Of a stretch of DNA of 64,000 nucleotides, positions 41,251 to 52,985 are shown piece by piece; position 1 is the first letter of the stretch; the number at the start of each line of letters is the position of its first letter. The notes beneath the pieces were generated by a model. The model did not search any database. It was not told the origin of the DNA and saw only the letters and a program-made list of their open reading frames with translations. This DNA is from Nemertoderma westbladi (lineage: Eukaryota > Animalia > Xenacoelomorpha). The DNA is taken from assembly GCA_032718475.1 (NCBI GenBank), contig JAUCBJ010001841.1:1-64000 (forward strand), in the 5' to 3' direction. The position numbers were made by a program, and so were the translations under genes.

Positions 41251-42049
41251 GCCATCCTAAGTTGTTACTATCAATAATATGTAGCAAGATTACGGCAATT
41301 CCATAAATAGTGTTTCGCTTAATCCATGTTTCATGTAGAAGTTGTAAGCTCTATTTCGGGTGGCAATGGCAGTGGTGACGTCAGGGTTGACCCAAGGTCA
41401 GTGCAATGTTTAATTCTGATGTTGCGGATAGGCGCAATATTATTTACGATTGTAGATAATTCAGTTAGGAACAAATCAGCTGCTCTATTTACACATGTTA
41501 TAACGAACCTGTCTATTAATAGGCCAGGGTAGTTCTTGTCAAGAGTTGAGCCGTTCAAAAACACGATGTGGTTGTGTGTGGGGGGAGGGGGGGGGGGGGG
41601 GGGGGTGTGTTGGTGTGTATGTATAACCATCCAATATCTCAAAAACTCAAGCAGGTACGCAAAAATTTTAATAACAAACTCTACATAAATTTTGGTTGCG
41701 CACAAGACTGTATATTTTTGTGGCGGCGTTTTGATCACGAGGTCACTGAAAAATATCGGTTTTGAAAATTTAAAGTCGAATTTCACCGATTTCAACTCGT
41801 CGAGTATGCACCAACTTTTTTATTTGGGCTATTCAGTCATTTGAGCAACATTATGAGCCTCAGAATCTTTTCAAATATCGCCAATACGTCGCCAAAATTT
41901 GTTAGTCCGGCAAAAAAACGCACTAATTCGTCCAAAAGAGTAAATTATTGGTTGCAGAATAATATGATTCAACTAGAAAAGTCAGGAAGCTGGCTAATAG
42001 ACGCCCATAGACTAACGTTGTGTTAGTTGGGTCCCTCCTCATTCATTAT

Positions 42050-43140
42050 CATCAACCTATAAAACATTTGAACGGCCCAGTGCTTACAATGATATTCCCA
42101 AAGGATTCACTGGGAAGAGCTATTCAGCTGGCGGGGTAATATATTATACAAACTAACAGTTGATGTTTGATTACTGTCTGGGTTAGAGTGAGAGAGTAAT
42201 AAATTTAGCAAGTAATATACTTCTCTGCAGTTTGGGCTATCCATTCAATAAATAGTGCTGTAGTAGCTTGCTAGGCCCACATATGAGTACCAGCAGCTGG
42301 TGTTTCTATCGTTGAGTTGATGGCAATTTTCGTGTGTTCATTTTCGCTCATTCAGGGTACTACTGGTTTGAGTGGCAGGTTCGTTTAAAGCCAGCTTGCT
42401 GGCTTTCTAGTAGATTATAGGTTTTGTAGTATTGGATTATTAGATATTAAATGATTTACAGTAGTGTTGGGATTGAATAGTTTTTGTAAGATCTGCAGAA
42501 CCGTGTGATATGGGAGGTGGCAGGTAATTTGCTTCGCTTCCTAGAAACATATACGAGGTTGTGGTCGCTAATCCCCAGATGTAGTGTACCGCTTGCTCCA
42601 ATGGCATTCCCTGATGAAAAGATGTGGTCAATACAGGAAGAGCTTGAAGGAGTTATACGAGTTGGTTCGTGAATTAGTTGTGACAGGCCAGTGGAGTTAC
42701 AAAAAGCTTTTGGAGTTTTTTGTGTTTAGTGTGATAGATGCGTTGGTGAGGTTTAGGATATGTGTTTGTATCACCCAGCAGAAAAACTTCATCGAAGTGT
42801 GGTGAGTTTTCAAGGATAAATTCAAGGTTTTCAAAGAAGTTTATCTCAGATTCTGGCCGGTAAAGAGATCCAATTAGTAGTGGTTTTGTGTGGGCCAGAC
42901 TCAGCCATGGTGATCTCTTCCAGAGCCATTATTTCGATCCCACCTGAGGATGGTATATCCGGAGATTGCTATCTCTGGATTAGACACTGAGTCATCCAAC
43001 CATGTTTCGCTGAAAGTTAAAAAATGAATGCCACTGTTAGTAAACATTAACCGGAGTTCCGGGATCGTTGGTCTTAAACTTTAGATATTTAGGTGTATTA
43101 GGTGAATTCCCCTGAACTTAAATGTGGGAAGCCAATTATA
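42050..43140 (-). pseudogene. CR1/L2-group LINE ORF2 remnant (AP-endonuclease domain), decayed
   Basis: Minus strand reads GIHLIHLNI, TFSETWLDDSVSNPEIAISGYTILRWDR, LYRP, VFLLGDTN, TRITPSSSSCIDHIF and ISDHNLVY, with stops and frameshifts. Confidence 0.85.
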
Positions 43141-43163
43141 TCGTATAGGGGGAGGAGGGGGCT

Positions 43164-44343
43164 TGTTCGCGCTTTTAGACCTTTAGCAGTTTAACCTGCC
43201 AATTTTAATTGTCTTTTTGTATATCAATTATTTAATATACTGAAGTTACATCAGCCGAAGCCAGCCTGTGCGCGACCATTAACCCACAGTTAAGGGAGAC
43301 TGGATTCGGATGCTTTGATAGTGATTGCAGTGTAGACCTACTGTATTATTCGATTGATCGTTAATATATAATCTCTGACAATATATTTACTTTCGGGGAA
43401 ATATTAACAGTTCCTTTAGGACGTGGCGCTTTAAGTATAAAACAGAGTTATGACTTATACTAATCACAACTGGATGGCTACTGAGTTTCGTAAAAAGCGC
43501 ATTCTTTAGGAGATGCTTTATTAACCTTCACACTACTTCACACTACTGCGCACTGATCTGCCGACCGTCACTGAATTTGATCATATATAAGGAGGATCGC
43601 AACTGACACATGTAGGGATCATGAAATAGCATTTAATTCACACAAAAACCACTATAATGTAAGTTGCAGTTGCTACCGGTAAACCTATTCCTCTAACCTT
43701 CAGTAATCAAGAAGATTGGGGGTTTTATGATTATTCATCGGTATTCTCCAAATATATCAGCAATATACACCAATTAACCATAATTAATAACAGAAGTAAA
43801 ATAATGCGGTGAACAGTCAGTATGTGTTACTGATGCAGTGTTCCATGTGCAGCAATGTTGACTTGCGGTGTGATGCGGTGTGCTGCGTAGTTGAATTGCG
43901 TTGCGTTAATAGTTTTACGTTCTTGTAATCAAAGCCATCTGATGTTTCTGATGTTTAGGTCAAAGTCTGAAACTTCCAACACAGAAGTACAGAAGAATTT
44001 CCAAGCAGTTCTCTCGCTCAGAAAGGTAAACAAAGACCGTAATGCATTGTGCGGTTTTCCGTAGGCCTCTGTACAAGATAAAATGAAAATCGCTCTGATT
44101 GGCTGAGCTGAGCGAGCTGAACAAAGAGATGTTCCACGTTTACAGTAAATCAGCTGACAGATTTCGTCATCTGAGTTCCAGTCTTTTAGAGTATTAGGCG
44201 CATTGCGGCAGAAAATGGCTTGTTATGTCCGCTAAAACACCCACACGGTACATTGCGGAGAAAATGGCTTGTTATGTCCGCTAAAACACCAACACGGTAT
44301 ATTGCGAAGAAAATGACTTGTTATATCCGCAAAAGCTTTTACA
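43164..44343 (-). repeat. 3' LTR (~1.18 kb)
   Basis: TGTTCGCGCTTTT...AAAAGCTTTTACA matches 54499-55700 with only about ten scattered differences. Contains three ~50-bp tandem repeats (44201-44343), a minus-strand CCAAT (~44097-44102) and a minus-strand AATAAA (~43517-43522). Confidence 0.95.
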
Positions 44344-44353
44344 CCGCTCCCAG
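44344..44353 (-). promoter_or_regulatory. Polypurine tract (plus-strand primer)
   Basis: Minus-strand CTGGGAGCGG abuts the TGT start of the 3' LTR; a duplicate lies at 55701-55710. Confidence 0.7.
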
Positions 44354-44421
44354 AAAATGGGATTTAATTATATAAAATATAAAAAATCACAGTTTCTAAA
44401 ATATAAAAATACTCTAAACAG

Positions 44422-46138
44422 TTAGTCCTTCTTACGCGAACGGCGTTTACGCAGTTTTTTGAGGCTAGCAAGAGTCCTTTTCTCTTTGGGGCGAGCCACT
44501 TTACTAGGAGGGCTATAACTCCTGGGTGAAGGGTGCAATACAATTGCATCGGAAGGTTTAGGGTTACGGTCCGTGTATCCGCCGGTCGAGGTACCCGGTT
44601 GATCGGTATCTACCTCAGTGGAACGAGGTCGAACAACCTTGAGAGCGCGTTTTAAGACAGCAGCTCTTACTGGTCCCTGACGGGTCGTTTGCACGAGAGC
44701 GGTAGGCGGACCGTGAGTAGTGAGAAATTTCCTCGGTTTGATGGTTCTTTCCAACTCGCATTCTCGGGCTCTGTCGAAATCGATATGCTTCTCCTCGAGC
44801 TGATTTTCCTCCGCTTGTTGTTGGAAGCATTCATCCAAAACTCTTTCAGAGAGTAGGGTCGTCCAAGTTCGATATCTTCTTAGAGATTCTGGATTTCCCG
44901 ATCGAACTGAGATAAAGCTATTCGTTTACCGCTTGGACTTGCTGCTGCAATTTGCGTTTCTCTAAACAATCGTAGGTTCCTTTTCCGATCTTTTGTCGAA
45001 TAGTGTCTAACGCGTTTTGTACAACTCTCTCCTCCACCTCGGTGACAGGTTGTATCGGGGTTAAACCGGGATGATTATACGGGTTGAACGGCGATATTAA
45101 ATGTCCGCGTCCCAATCCTGCTAGGTATGATGGGCGAATATCTAGGGAGCCCACAACCGGAGTGCCACCGACTAATTGTTCGGGTAACACTAGATCTTTG
45201 AACAATGAGTACAGTTCAGGAGGATCCGTCATACTATTAGGATCAAGAGTCTGAGGTCTCACCAGGGAATGAGGAGGTCTGACCGAGTATTCCGGAACTC
45301 TGATCATCGGTTTATTTAAGGATCGTTTGAGTCGAGCGAGCGTAGGTGATACGTTGAACAAGTTTCGCTCTAAACTCCCGTAAGTATAGCGAGTAAAACT
45401 GTGTTTAGCGCAACGTCTCCGCGGAGGTTTATGTCTTTCCGTTTGTTGGTTGGGTCTACGGCATTCATCGCAATAATACCAAAGATGCACGTCTTGTAGG
45501 GGAAACGCGGGTGATCTTTCTCCAGTTTTACAATATTCCTCCATCTGTTAGAAGCTATCCGTTACAACAAGTAGCAGTCGATCGGCTGTAAGATACATCA
45601 TAGTGAAATAGAGTCGTTTGAGTTCTATAATAGGGTCATGATGTATATCTTGAGGATATCGAGTTTCGAGATTTTGTTGACTGGCTATATTGAGATATGT
45701 TTCTCTCAAGAATTCCAGATATTCGTTGAAGTCACTGCGTTTATCCGGCTCTTCAACGTCTTCTCTTTCGAGTTGGTTTCGAATAGAATTTTCGTGTTCG
45801 ATTCTCAGTTTATCGTTCCGACTCCGCTGGGTATGATATTTAAATAGGATCATTTCCCTTTCAGTGTCTACATCGTCCGTATCGTGTAAATCGATAGGAA
45901 GACCAGTAGTTAAGAAGTCCATATACGTACTATTACGATGCGTATAGCGAGCGGTGAATTTTCTATAGTCCAATTCACGCGTGAGCTGTTCCTTTGACAT
46001 TGGCGGCTCGATATAATGGCCATCGTCCTCCGTAGTGGGTTGACTAGTGTCGCCGCGTATTAAACTATCAACAAACGCTTGCAATGGTAAGGTATATCGC
46101 TCCCTGATACCAAGATCATCTTCTATCAACTCAGTCAT
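44422..46138 (-). CDS. Accessory ORF(s) of unknown function in the env position of the BEL element (196 + 208 + 138 aa; probably one ~570-aa gene broken by one stop and one frameshift)
   Basis: 45548-46138 and 44918-45544 are in the same frame, separated by a single TAA. Contains a CDEC..CAKH motif and a basic C-terminus KKLRKRRSRKKD. No obvious signal peptide or TM helix. Confidence 0.6.
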
Positions 46139-47871
46139 AGCTGCTATATGAGTTTATCGATATTAGAATTAATTATAATTTAGGCTAGCGGTCATTGCTG
46201 CCTCCCCCTCAATGCCCCTGGACAGCACAAGCTCCTCAGCGCTGATGTACTGTCGCCGCTGTGACTATCGCCAACGTAGTAGCTACACAACGACAACAAC
46301 AACCAGCGCGAGTCACTCCACTGTCCGTCCCAAGGGCTTGGATTTACTTCAGGTTCTTACTGCAGAGGTAGGGCTACTTTCACAACTGCGACTCGCTACT
46401 GTAAACACACCTTAGTAGTAACATTCACCTATAAACGCACAAATTCCACACAACTGTCACAAATTGTACACATTCGGGCCATTTGTCCGTTAGTCAAGCG
46501 CCTTCCAGAATGCCACGTTATTATTATGTATCCCTGGATACTAGCAGTGCGCTATTTATTCCGTATGCTATTCAATGGGGCAAGCTTTCTATTGTTCTTT
46601 TAACTCGCTTCTAATTCTAGCGTGGTTGTTGCTATGGTGCTATGGTGACATTATGGAAAGCTAGCAGTAGAATTAGGGTAATTCTCATGCATACAGATCT
46701 GGGATGCTATTAATAGTAATTCTTTAATTGTCAATATTCCCCTTTATACATGATTTTATTAATTTTATCGGCTATTGACTATATATTGGAGATTCTCTCA
46801 CGCTAATATACTTAATAGGGTGAATCTCCGCTCCCATGATCTATTAATTAATGGAATTTTGGGAATGTTATAAATTGTATAAAATGACAATTTATCAAAT
46901 TCATGAGAAGATATGAATTTAAATTTATTCCCGTAAATTTTATTATTTAATATTAAAATAGACACAATTTTATTCCAGAACATGTCTGGGGACTAGGATC
47001 CTTAATTCTAGGAAATTTGTCCTTTTAAGAGTATCGGTAAGTGCTACGATATCTTAATCGACTAGAATTCTAAAGGATCTGAATTTTAACAGATTTTGAT
47101 TTATAGATTTTCTTGGTTTACAAACTCCTTAGAGTTTATTTGTATGTATTTACTCTATTATAACATTTGTTTTAATAGATTTTTATAAATATTAAATAAT
47201 TAATATTTAAGATGGTCACCGAATTATTCCAGAACTTGTCTGGGGACGTTAACCACTGATTCTAGAATTTTGTCTTTCAAGTATATCGGTGGGTGCCGCG
47301 ATATCTTAATCGACTAGAATTACAGATGGTCAAAGGGTTTAACAGATTTATTTTGCGTTTTACGCTACTGTTAAAGGGACATCACGCTACTATATGTATT
47401 ATTTAATATACGGTATGAGAGCAATATTGCAAGAAGCAATATCAGTGAGAAGAGGCAAGTCGTTTCCAAGGTCTACCCAGAGCTTGGTTTAGCCGAGAAA
47501 CGAGGATCTGAACTTTGCATTCCTAATACTCTACTTACCAATAATACTTGAGTATAGTAGGAGCTTTATTGTACTTTAATAAGTACGGACATTTCATCTT
47601 ACTGTAGTCACGTATTTATAATATGATACAGACAGTAAGGAAAGAGAAAAAGAATTATTTCTTGCCATTGCACTAAATATATAATATAAGTAATTAAGTA
47701 ATAAAAACGAGTATATATTGCACTAATCTACTAAATAATCGCTAAAATAACATTCTACTAAATAAAATTAAAGAAAACGATTATAATAAAATTACGTAAT
47801 AATACATACATAAATATAAAAATAATAAAAACATATAAAATAATATAGTCACACACCCACTCCAGACGCGG

Positions 47872-48715
47872 TTACGTTGGGGAGTCCCTAGATGTTTGTT
47901 GGATTAGGGAGGTGGTCGTGGGAAGAGTATCTTGCCTTCCATAGTTTCCGGACAGTTCTCGGTCTCTTTCCAGTAAACATAAACGACCAACTGGGCGATT
48001 GAGTTGTTGTGTTTCGAATACAATTCCAGATTTCTTCTTCGTCCTGGAATAGTGACGATGGAAACACCAAGTTTGGTTATCGGTGAGGAGATCAGTTCTA
48101 TTTTCCTCATCGTATTGGTTAATATCGTCATTATCTGAGGAGTACGGTATTCCCTCAGTTGTGGTCTCTCCCTCACTGATTTCTTCTTCCCATTCACTCA
48201 CCTGATGTACTTGGTCGTTAGGTAATCTTTCCATGAGTGTTCTACGGGAAGGTCCAGTGAAGTACCAACCTACTCTCGTTCTTCCCGCATATGTTTGTAA
48301 TGGTTGCGGTCGAGCAGGCCGTTTTTCTAATGTTTCAAGCGCCTCATGCGCATTTTGGCCGATCAATATCTGCACCCCTGGGTAGTTGGTGTTGAATCTA
48401 GGGATATCATGCTGCTGGGTAAAATGGTCTTCATCCCAGTTGTAAGGTTCTACTTGGCTGGCAGCAAAGTTCTTTATCGCCACCATTTTTACTGACCTAT
48501 GCTATGTTCTCCTAGTTCATCCTGGGGAGTGGACAACGCGCCCACATAGTATAGTAGTCTGTAGCTACTATGGATTTCCAAACCTGCATAATTCCTGAAA
48601 GGTTCAACTTAGTTCGGAACTTGGGTTGTCCAGCAAAGATGTCTTCGGCTAGTTCTTTGTCGATGAATGTTCCTGTGCTGCCGGAGTCCAGGAGGGCGTT
48701 TACTATAAACTCTTA
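47872..48715 (-). pseudogene. Remnant pol: aspartic protease region fused directly to the integrase C-terminal tail; RT, RNase H and integrase core missing
   Basis: FIVNALLDSGSTGTFID lies in the -1 frame after the Gag stop, then VQILIGQNA..RTRVGWYFTG, then KLGVSIVTIPG / LNRPVGRLCLLE (BEL integrase C-terminus) only ~200 bp later. Confidence 0.85.
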
Positions 48716-51700
48716 CATGGCCCATGGACTCTCAGCTGAACTACTGGGAATTCCCGAATTCCGACGTTGGAAGTTGGCGCTTTCCAAGATGGTTGTCGGT
48801 CTGGAATAGTCAATTGGACTTCATTATCGGTCTCAGTCTCATACGTAAGTGCTCGATACACTGCGGTGTTTATCATATAACAGGATTCGTTTTCGTCGGA
48901 GAATTCGTCTGTGTAAAATCCTTCCATCTCAGAGCTGTGGTCAGTGTCGTTCACATCACTGAATTGGACATGTCGTTCGGGCTCACTTACCTGACTTGTG
49001 CGGGTTCTTTCAAATTCTGTGTGCAGCAAGATATGATGTTTCGCGCCGCACTTAGCGCACCTAGCATCTGAGTAACAGGTCCGCCGTTGGTGTCCTCGTT
49101 TGAGGCAATTATAACACAACCGCTTATCCCACATGACATCACGTCTATCTTTAAGGGATTTCTTTAAGAATTCATCACACCCACTCAAGCGATGGGGCCC
49201 GTCGCACAATACACATTTAGGCTTGATGTTACTTACTTTAACCTGTGCTGTGTGGTGCACACTTGTTCTTTCCTCGGGCTTTCTTCCATGAATTCTCTTA
49301 GGAGACATGGGAGGAGTTGTTGTTACCTGTTCTCTCCTGTCACTGGTTCGAGACTTAGATTTACTTACGTCTTTCCGAGTTTTGTTGACATAATAAGATC
49401 TTTCGGTGTCTTTCCCGCTGTTCTCCTCGTGGGAGGTTTGGCTTTCGCCGTCGTCTGTATAACACACTGGTATTACCTTTCTCCTAGAAACGTGTTTTTC
49501 ACTTAACTCACTTTCTGGAGTCTTCTCTCGAGACTGTTTTAGGAGTTGTAATCTTACCTCTCTGTTTAAGAATGACAGAAGGTCCGTCATGGTTGGATCT
49601 CTATGTTGTTGGTCCATCAAATAGAGAACCTTTTTGTCCCAGCGAGTACCTACTCCACCCTTTGGCAAAGTTGATGCTAAGGCTCCTACAACCATAGAAT
49701 TGTGGTATTCATGAGACTTACCTAACCAATCTAGTTGTCTACAGATCTCCTGAATCTCGTTGGAAAAGTCTATAATCCCGCTGCTAAGAAACTTTCGGGG
49801 CACCATTAATTTCGCATACAAATACCTAGCTATGTTAGTCCTATTACCATACCTGATGTTTAGTGTATCCCAAACTTGTCTTAATCCATCTGGATGTCCA
49901 ATAAACTTTAACGCCATTAACTTGGGAGGTCCTTCCAAGCACTCGATGAGGAATCTAAGTTTCTCTACGTTAGATAGTACATAGTTCTGTATGTTATCTT
50001 TATAATATTCATTAAAAGGTAACCATCTCATCTCATCTCCATTGAACTTGACGATCTCTCCCACCTTTACCGCTTGACGGGCTTCGGTTCTAGCCATTTG
50101 ACGCGTAAAAATTTCTTGGGCCATCATATTATTTAATATCGAGTTATCGGTATATAAATTTCTCGGATTATGATCAGGTCTATATGGAATATCATTATCA
50201 ACAGGTTTATAATTATCCTTAATAGGGTTTACTATAGGAGTTTCTACTTCACTAGCAGTATAGATGTATGTAGGCTCCACACCTTGCGCATGAAATACTT
50301 CAGACCTAACAGGTTGACACATTGTTACAGGGGGTGGTGGTATACCCCTTTGGATATTTACCAATTTATCGCGTTCTAACGCGATACTCTGCTGCACTTC
50401 TTGTAACTCTAACCTACCTTCTCTTACTGTTCCCTTTAACTGTTGAACAGTCCCTTCCAACTCTCGGACCTGTTGGGAGGAACGTTCCCTATGTTCCTCC
50501 ATCTGCCCGAGCAGGAGATCCATCCCCCGCCGTCTCTCATCCACCCACTTGACCGCCGAAGCGGGAGCCGCCAACATAGTAGCGGGCAGACGAGGGACGA
50601 CGGGCGATAAATCGTTGATGTCTCGCTCGGCGTCCAGGACCGGAATTGACTCAGGGGCTGTTCTACTGGGCACAGGTAGTTTAGTGCTGTGCAAAGGGAA
50701 TTTAGAGTTAGGTTCTGGAAGTACAGGGGTCTCCATCACAGAGGGGGTGGCTTCGAGAACAGGCCTAATTATTTCAGGCTCATCTACTATAGTAGGGAGT
50801 CTTTCTACTCTAATAATTTGGTCTGTGTGTTCTGTACTACCTAAGTCTGCACTAGCTAGTTGCCTTCTTACAGCTGGGGGCAAATTAGGCAATTTCTGAC
50901 GGTGGGGCGTTCTTCTACGTCTGCTGGAACGAGATCTATTTCTTCCGCCTTCAGGATCTGTTGTATCGCCTTCATCAGATAATGTAAATCCCTGTCTCTT
51001 GGGAGTAGATCGACTTATCATCTGCATATGACTAGCTGTTCTCTGTTTATTTAAGTAGTCTTGCGTCTCTTGAAGATTTTCCAACTCTAGTTGGACTGTC
51101 TCTTCAGATGCCCTCCGTTCGGCTGCTGCCACTACCTCTGCCGCTTTTCTTTCCGCTTCTACCACTGCCTCTGCCACTTTTCTTTCCGCTTCTGCCGCTG
51201 CCTCTGCCGCTTTTCTTTCCGCTTCTACCGCTGCCTCTGCCGCTTTTCTTTCCGCTTCTACCGCTGCCTCTGCCGCTTTTCTTTCAGCTTCTAACGCTGC
51301 CTCTGCCGCTTTTCTTTCCGCTTCTAACGCTGCCTCTGCCGCTTTTCTTTCCGCTTCTGCCGCTGCCACTGCCACTGCCGTTGCCGCCGCTGCTGCTGTC
51401 TTTCTGTCTTCTATCTGTTTTTTCTTTAATTGTTCTTCCTGTTCCCTAGCGATGAGGATTCTTTCATCAAATTTAGCCTGATCCGCGGCTAACATTTCCG
51501 CATCTAATGAGTCTAACACAAATTTGGCTCCCTCACTATTAGGGTGAAGTCCAGCTAGCCGTCTCCTCAACTCTTTGTTACCTATAAATCGTTGATAGTC
51601 CGACAGATAGATGTCAATAGCGTCCTTCTTCTGAGGTTTCTCGGATGTAACATCGCTTTCCACCTGAGAAAAGGTAGCGTCTGTTGATTCTCCGTGGATC

Positions 51701-52578
51701 GCACGCTCAGTTAGCTGAATTTTCCATTGGGTTGTTCCTTGGACTTTAAGACTCACCCGTTGGAACCAAGTCTTTACGGCAACTTGCAACGACATGTCTT
51801 GGCTTCTCTTCGAGGCTTCCTCAAAGGCTGAAAGGATTAGTCTGATCCGTAAGATTCGTTCTCTAACTTGATAAAGTAGCTCTCCCTGCCCTTGAGGTCC
51901 TTGGGGTTGTTGAAACAGTTCTTCCTCTAATCGCTCCAAAGAGCTGAAGAATCCCTGTACATAACCTGCTGCCGACCTCTTCCACACAGCTGGATCTCTA
52001 GTGTCCTTTACCACTCCCATCCTGTATAAGTCCTCCCAGGCAGCTTCCGATAAGTTAAACGGGAGTCCGGGTCCGGGGAAGTTCCATTGCGTCTCGACAA
52101 TAGACTTCAGTTCCTCCATTGTGTATCCCGCATAACTGTCCTTGGTCGATCGCTTACTTCTCGCCCAATCGATTTGATGTTCCTCCACCGCAATCAATAC
52201 CCTAGTGAGTACGGCTTCAGGAAGAATGAGAAGTGGATCCGAATAAACTGCTTCTGCCATCTTTGCTCCGCGCTCGGGTGTCAACTCTACAGTATCTGAA
52301 CTACTGGAGCTATCGGGCCGCTGAGAAATAAGTTCTCGGTTCGGGTGTTGCTGCTGTTTAACAGCTGCCTCTTGGTCCCGCTTGACTTGAGCCCGAGTGC
52401 CTATGATAGACCTACGGTGCTTTACTAGCCTAGGTTCTGATACTACTACTGGAGGGATGACCTTTCTTACAGTAGGAGGGGACTTGGACTTTGGTCTCAA
52501 ATGTTCGGCACTCCTATCGGAGTCGCAGACTGTTCTTTCTAGGAGACTATCTGACAGAGTTTGCTTTGTGTCAGCCAT
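48703..52578 (-). CDS. gag: BEL/Pao Gag, 1291 aa, with long N-terminal extension
   Basis: KFNGDEMRWLPF..LSNVEKLRFLIECLEGPP (DUF1759-type capsid region) and the triple knuckle CVLCDGPHRLSGC..CYNCLKRGHQRRTC..CAKCGAKHHILLH. An 11-aa AAEAA(L/V)EAERK repeat lies at ~51120-51370. Confidence 0.92.
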   Translation of the reverse strand: MADTKQTLSDSLLERTVCDSDRSAEHLRPKSKSPPTVRKVIPPVVVSEPRLVKHRRSIIGTRAQVKRDQEAAVKQQQHPNRELISQRPDSSSSSDTVELTPERGAKMAEAVYSDPLLILPEAVLTRVLIAVEEHQIDWARSKRSTKDSYAGYTMEELKSIVETQWNFPGPGLPFNLSEAAWEDLYRMGVVKDTRDPAVWKRSAAGYVQGFFSSLERLEEELFQQPQGPQGQGELLYQVRERILRIRLILSAFEEASKRSQDMSLQVAVKTWFQRVSLKVQGTTQWKIQLTERAIHGESTDATFSQVESDVTSEKPQKKDAIDIYLSDYQRFIGNKELRRRLAGLHPNSEGAKFVLDSLDAEMLAADQAKFDERILIAREQEEQLKKKQIEDRKTAAAAATAVAVAAAEAERKAAEAALEAERKAAEAALEAERKAAEAAVEAERKAAEAAVEAERKAAEAAAEAERKVAEAVVEAERKAAEVVAAAERRASEETVQLELENLQETQDYLNKQRTASHMQMISRSTPKRQGFTLSDEGDTTDPEGGRNRSRSSRRRRTPHRQKLPNLPPAVRRQLASADLGSTEHTDQIIRVERLPTIVDEPEIIRPVLEATPSVMETPVLPEPNSKFPLHSTKLPVPSRTAPESIPVLDAERDINDLSPVVPRLPATMLAAPASAVKWVDERRRGMDLLLGQMEEHRERSSQQVRELEGTVQQLKGTVREGRLELQEVQQSIALERDKLVNIQRGIPPPPVTMCQPVRSEVFHAQGVEPTYIYTASEVETPIVNPIKDNYKPVDNDIPYRPDHNPRNLYTDNSILNNMMAQEIFTRQMARTEARQAVKVGEIVKFNGDEMRWLPFNEYYKDNIQNYVLSNVEKLRFLIECLEGPPKLMALKFIGHPDGLRQVWDTLNIRYGNRTNIARYLYAKLMVPRKFLSSGIIDFSNEIQEICRQLDWLGKSHEYHNSMVVGALASTLPKGGVGTRWDKKVLYLMDQQHRDPTMTDLLSFLNREVRLQLLKQSREKTPESELSEKHVSRRKVIPVCYTDDGESQTSHEENSGKDTERSYYVNKTRKDVSKSKSRTSDRREQVTTTPPMSPKRIHGRKPEERTSVHHTAQVKVSNIKPKCVLCDGPHRLSGCDEFLKKSLKDRRDVMWDKRLCYNCLKRGHQRRTCYSDARCAKCGAKHHILLHTEFERTRTSQVSEPERHVQFSDVNDTDHSSEMEGFYTDEFSDENESCYMINTAVYRALTYETETDNEVQLTIPDRQPSWKAPTSNVGIREFPVVQLRVHGPCKSL

Positions 52579-52734
52579 GTTTGATTGTACAGTTGAATGC
52601 CTACTACCATTACTATAAACGAAAGTTAAAGCAAGTCTAGTAATTCAGTATCAACTGTAAGCCTGGTAATTAATTACCGATATCGTTACTCAATGTAACA
52701 CAATATATATATATAATATATTAGGATACCGGTA

Positions 52735-52985
52735 TACACTTATAGTATATATATATAAGTATTATTACAGACTAGGATTGATTAGTCACAGAATACCGGT
52801 ATATAATTTAAGCATAAATATATAGAAATATATATAATAAGCCTACTGTAAATACCGGTATACAGCATACACTTATAGTATATATAAGTATGATTATAGA
52901 CTAGAATTAATTACAGAATACCGGTATATAATTTCAGCTTAAATTTATAGAAATAAATATAATAAGCCTATCGTAAATACCGGTA
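52735..52985. repeat. ~120-bp tandem duplication in the long (1.9 kb) 5' leader of the BEL element
   Basis: TACACTTATAGTATATA...AATAAGCCTA..GTAAATACCGGTA occurs twice. Confidence 0.8.

Noticed and set aside
48700-48725. Programmed -1 frameshift between gag and protease
   Set aside because: No X XXY YYZ slippery heptamer seen; BEL elements usually have a single gag-pol ORF and further lesions follow, so a 1-bp deletion is more likely.
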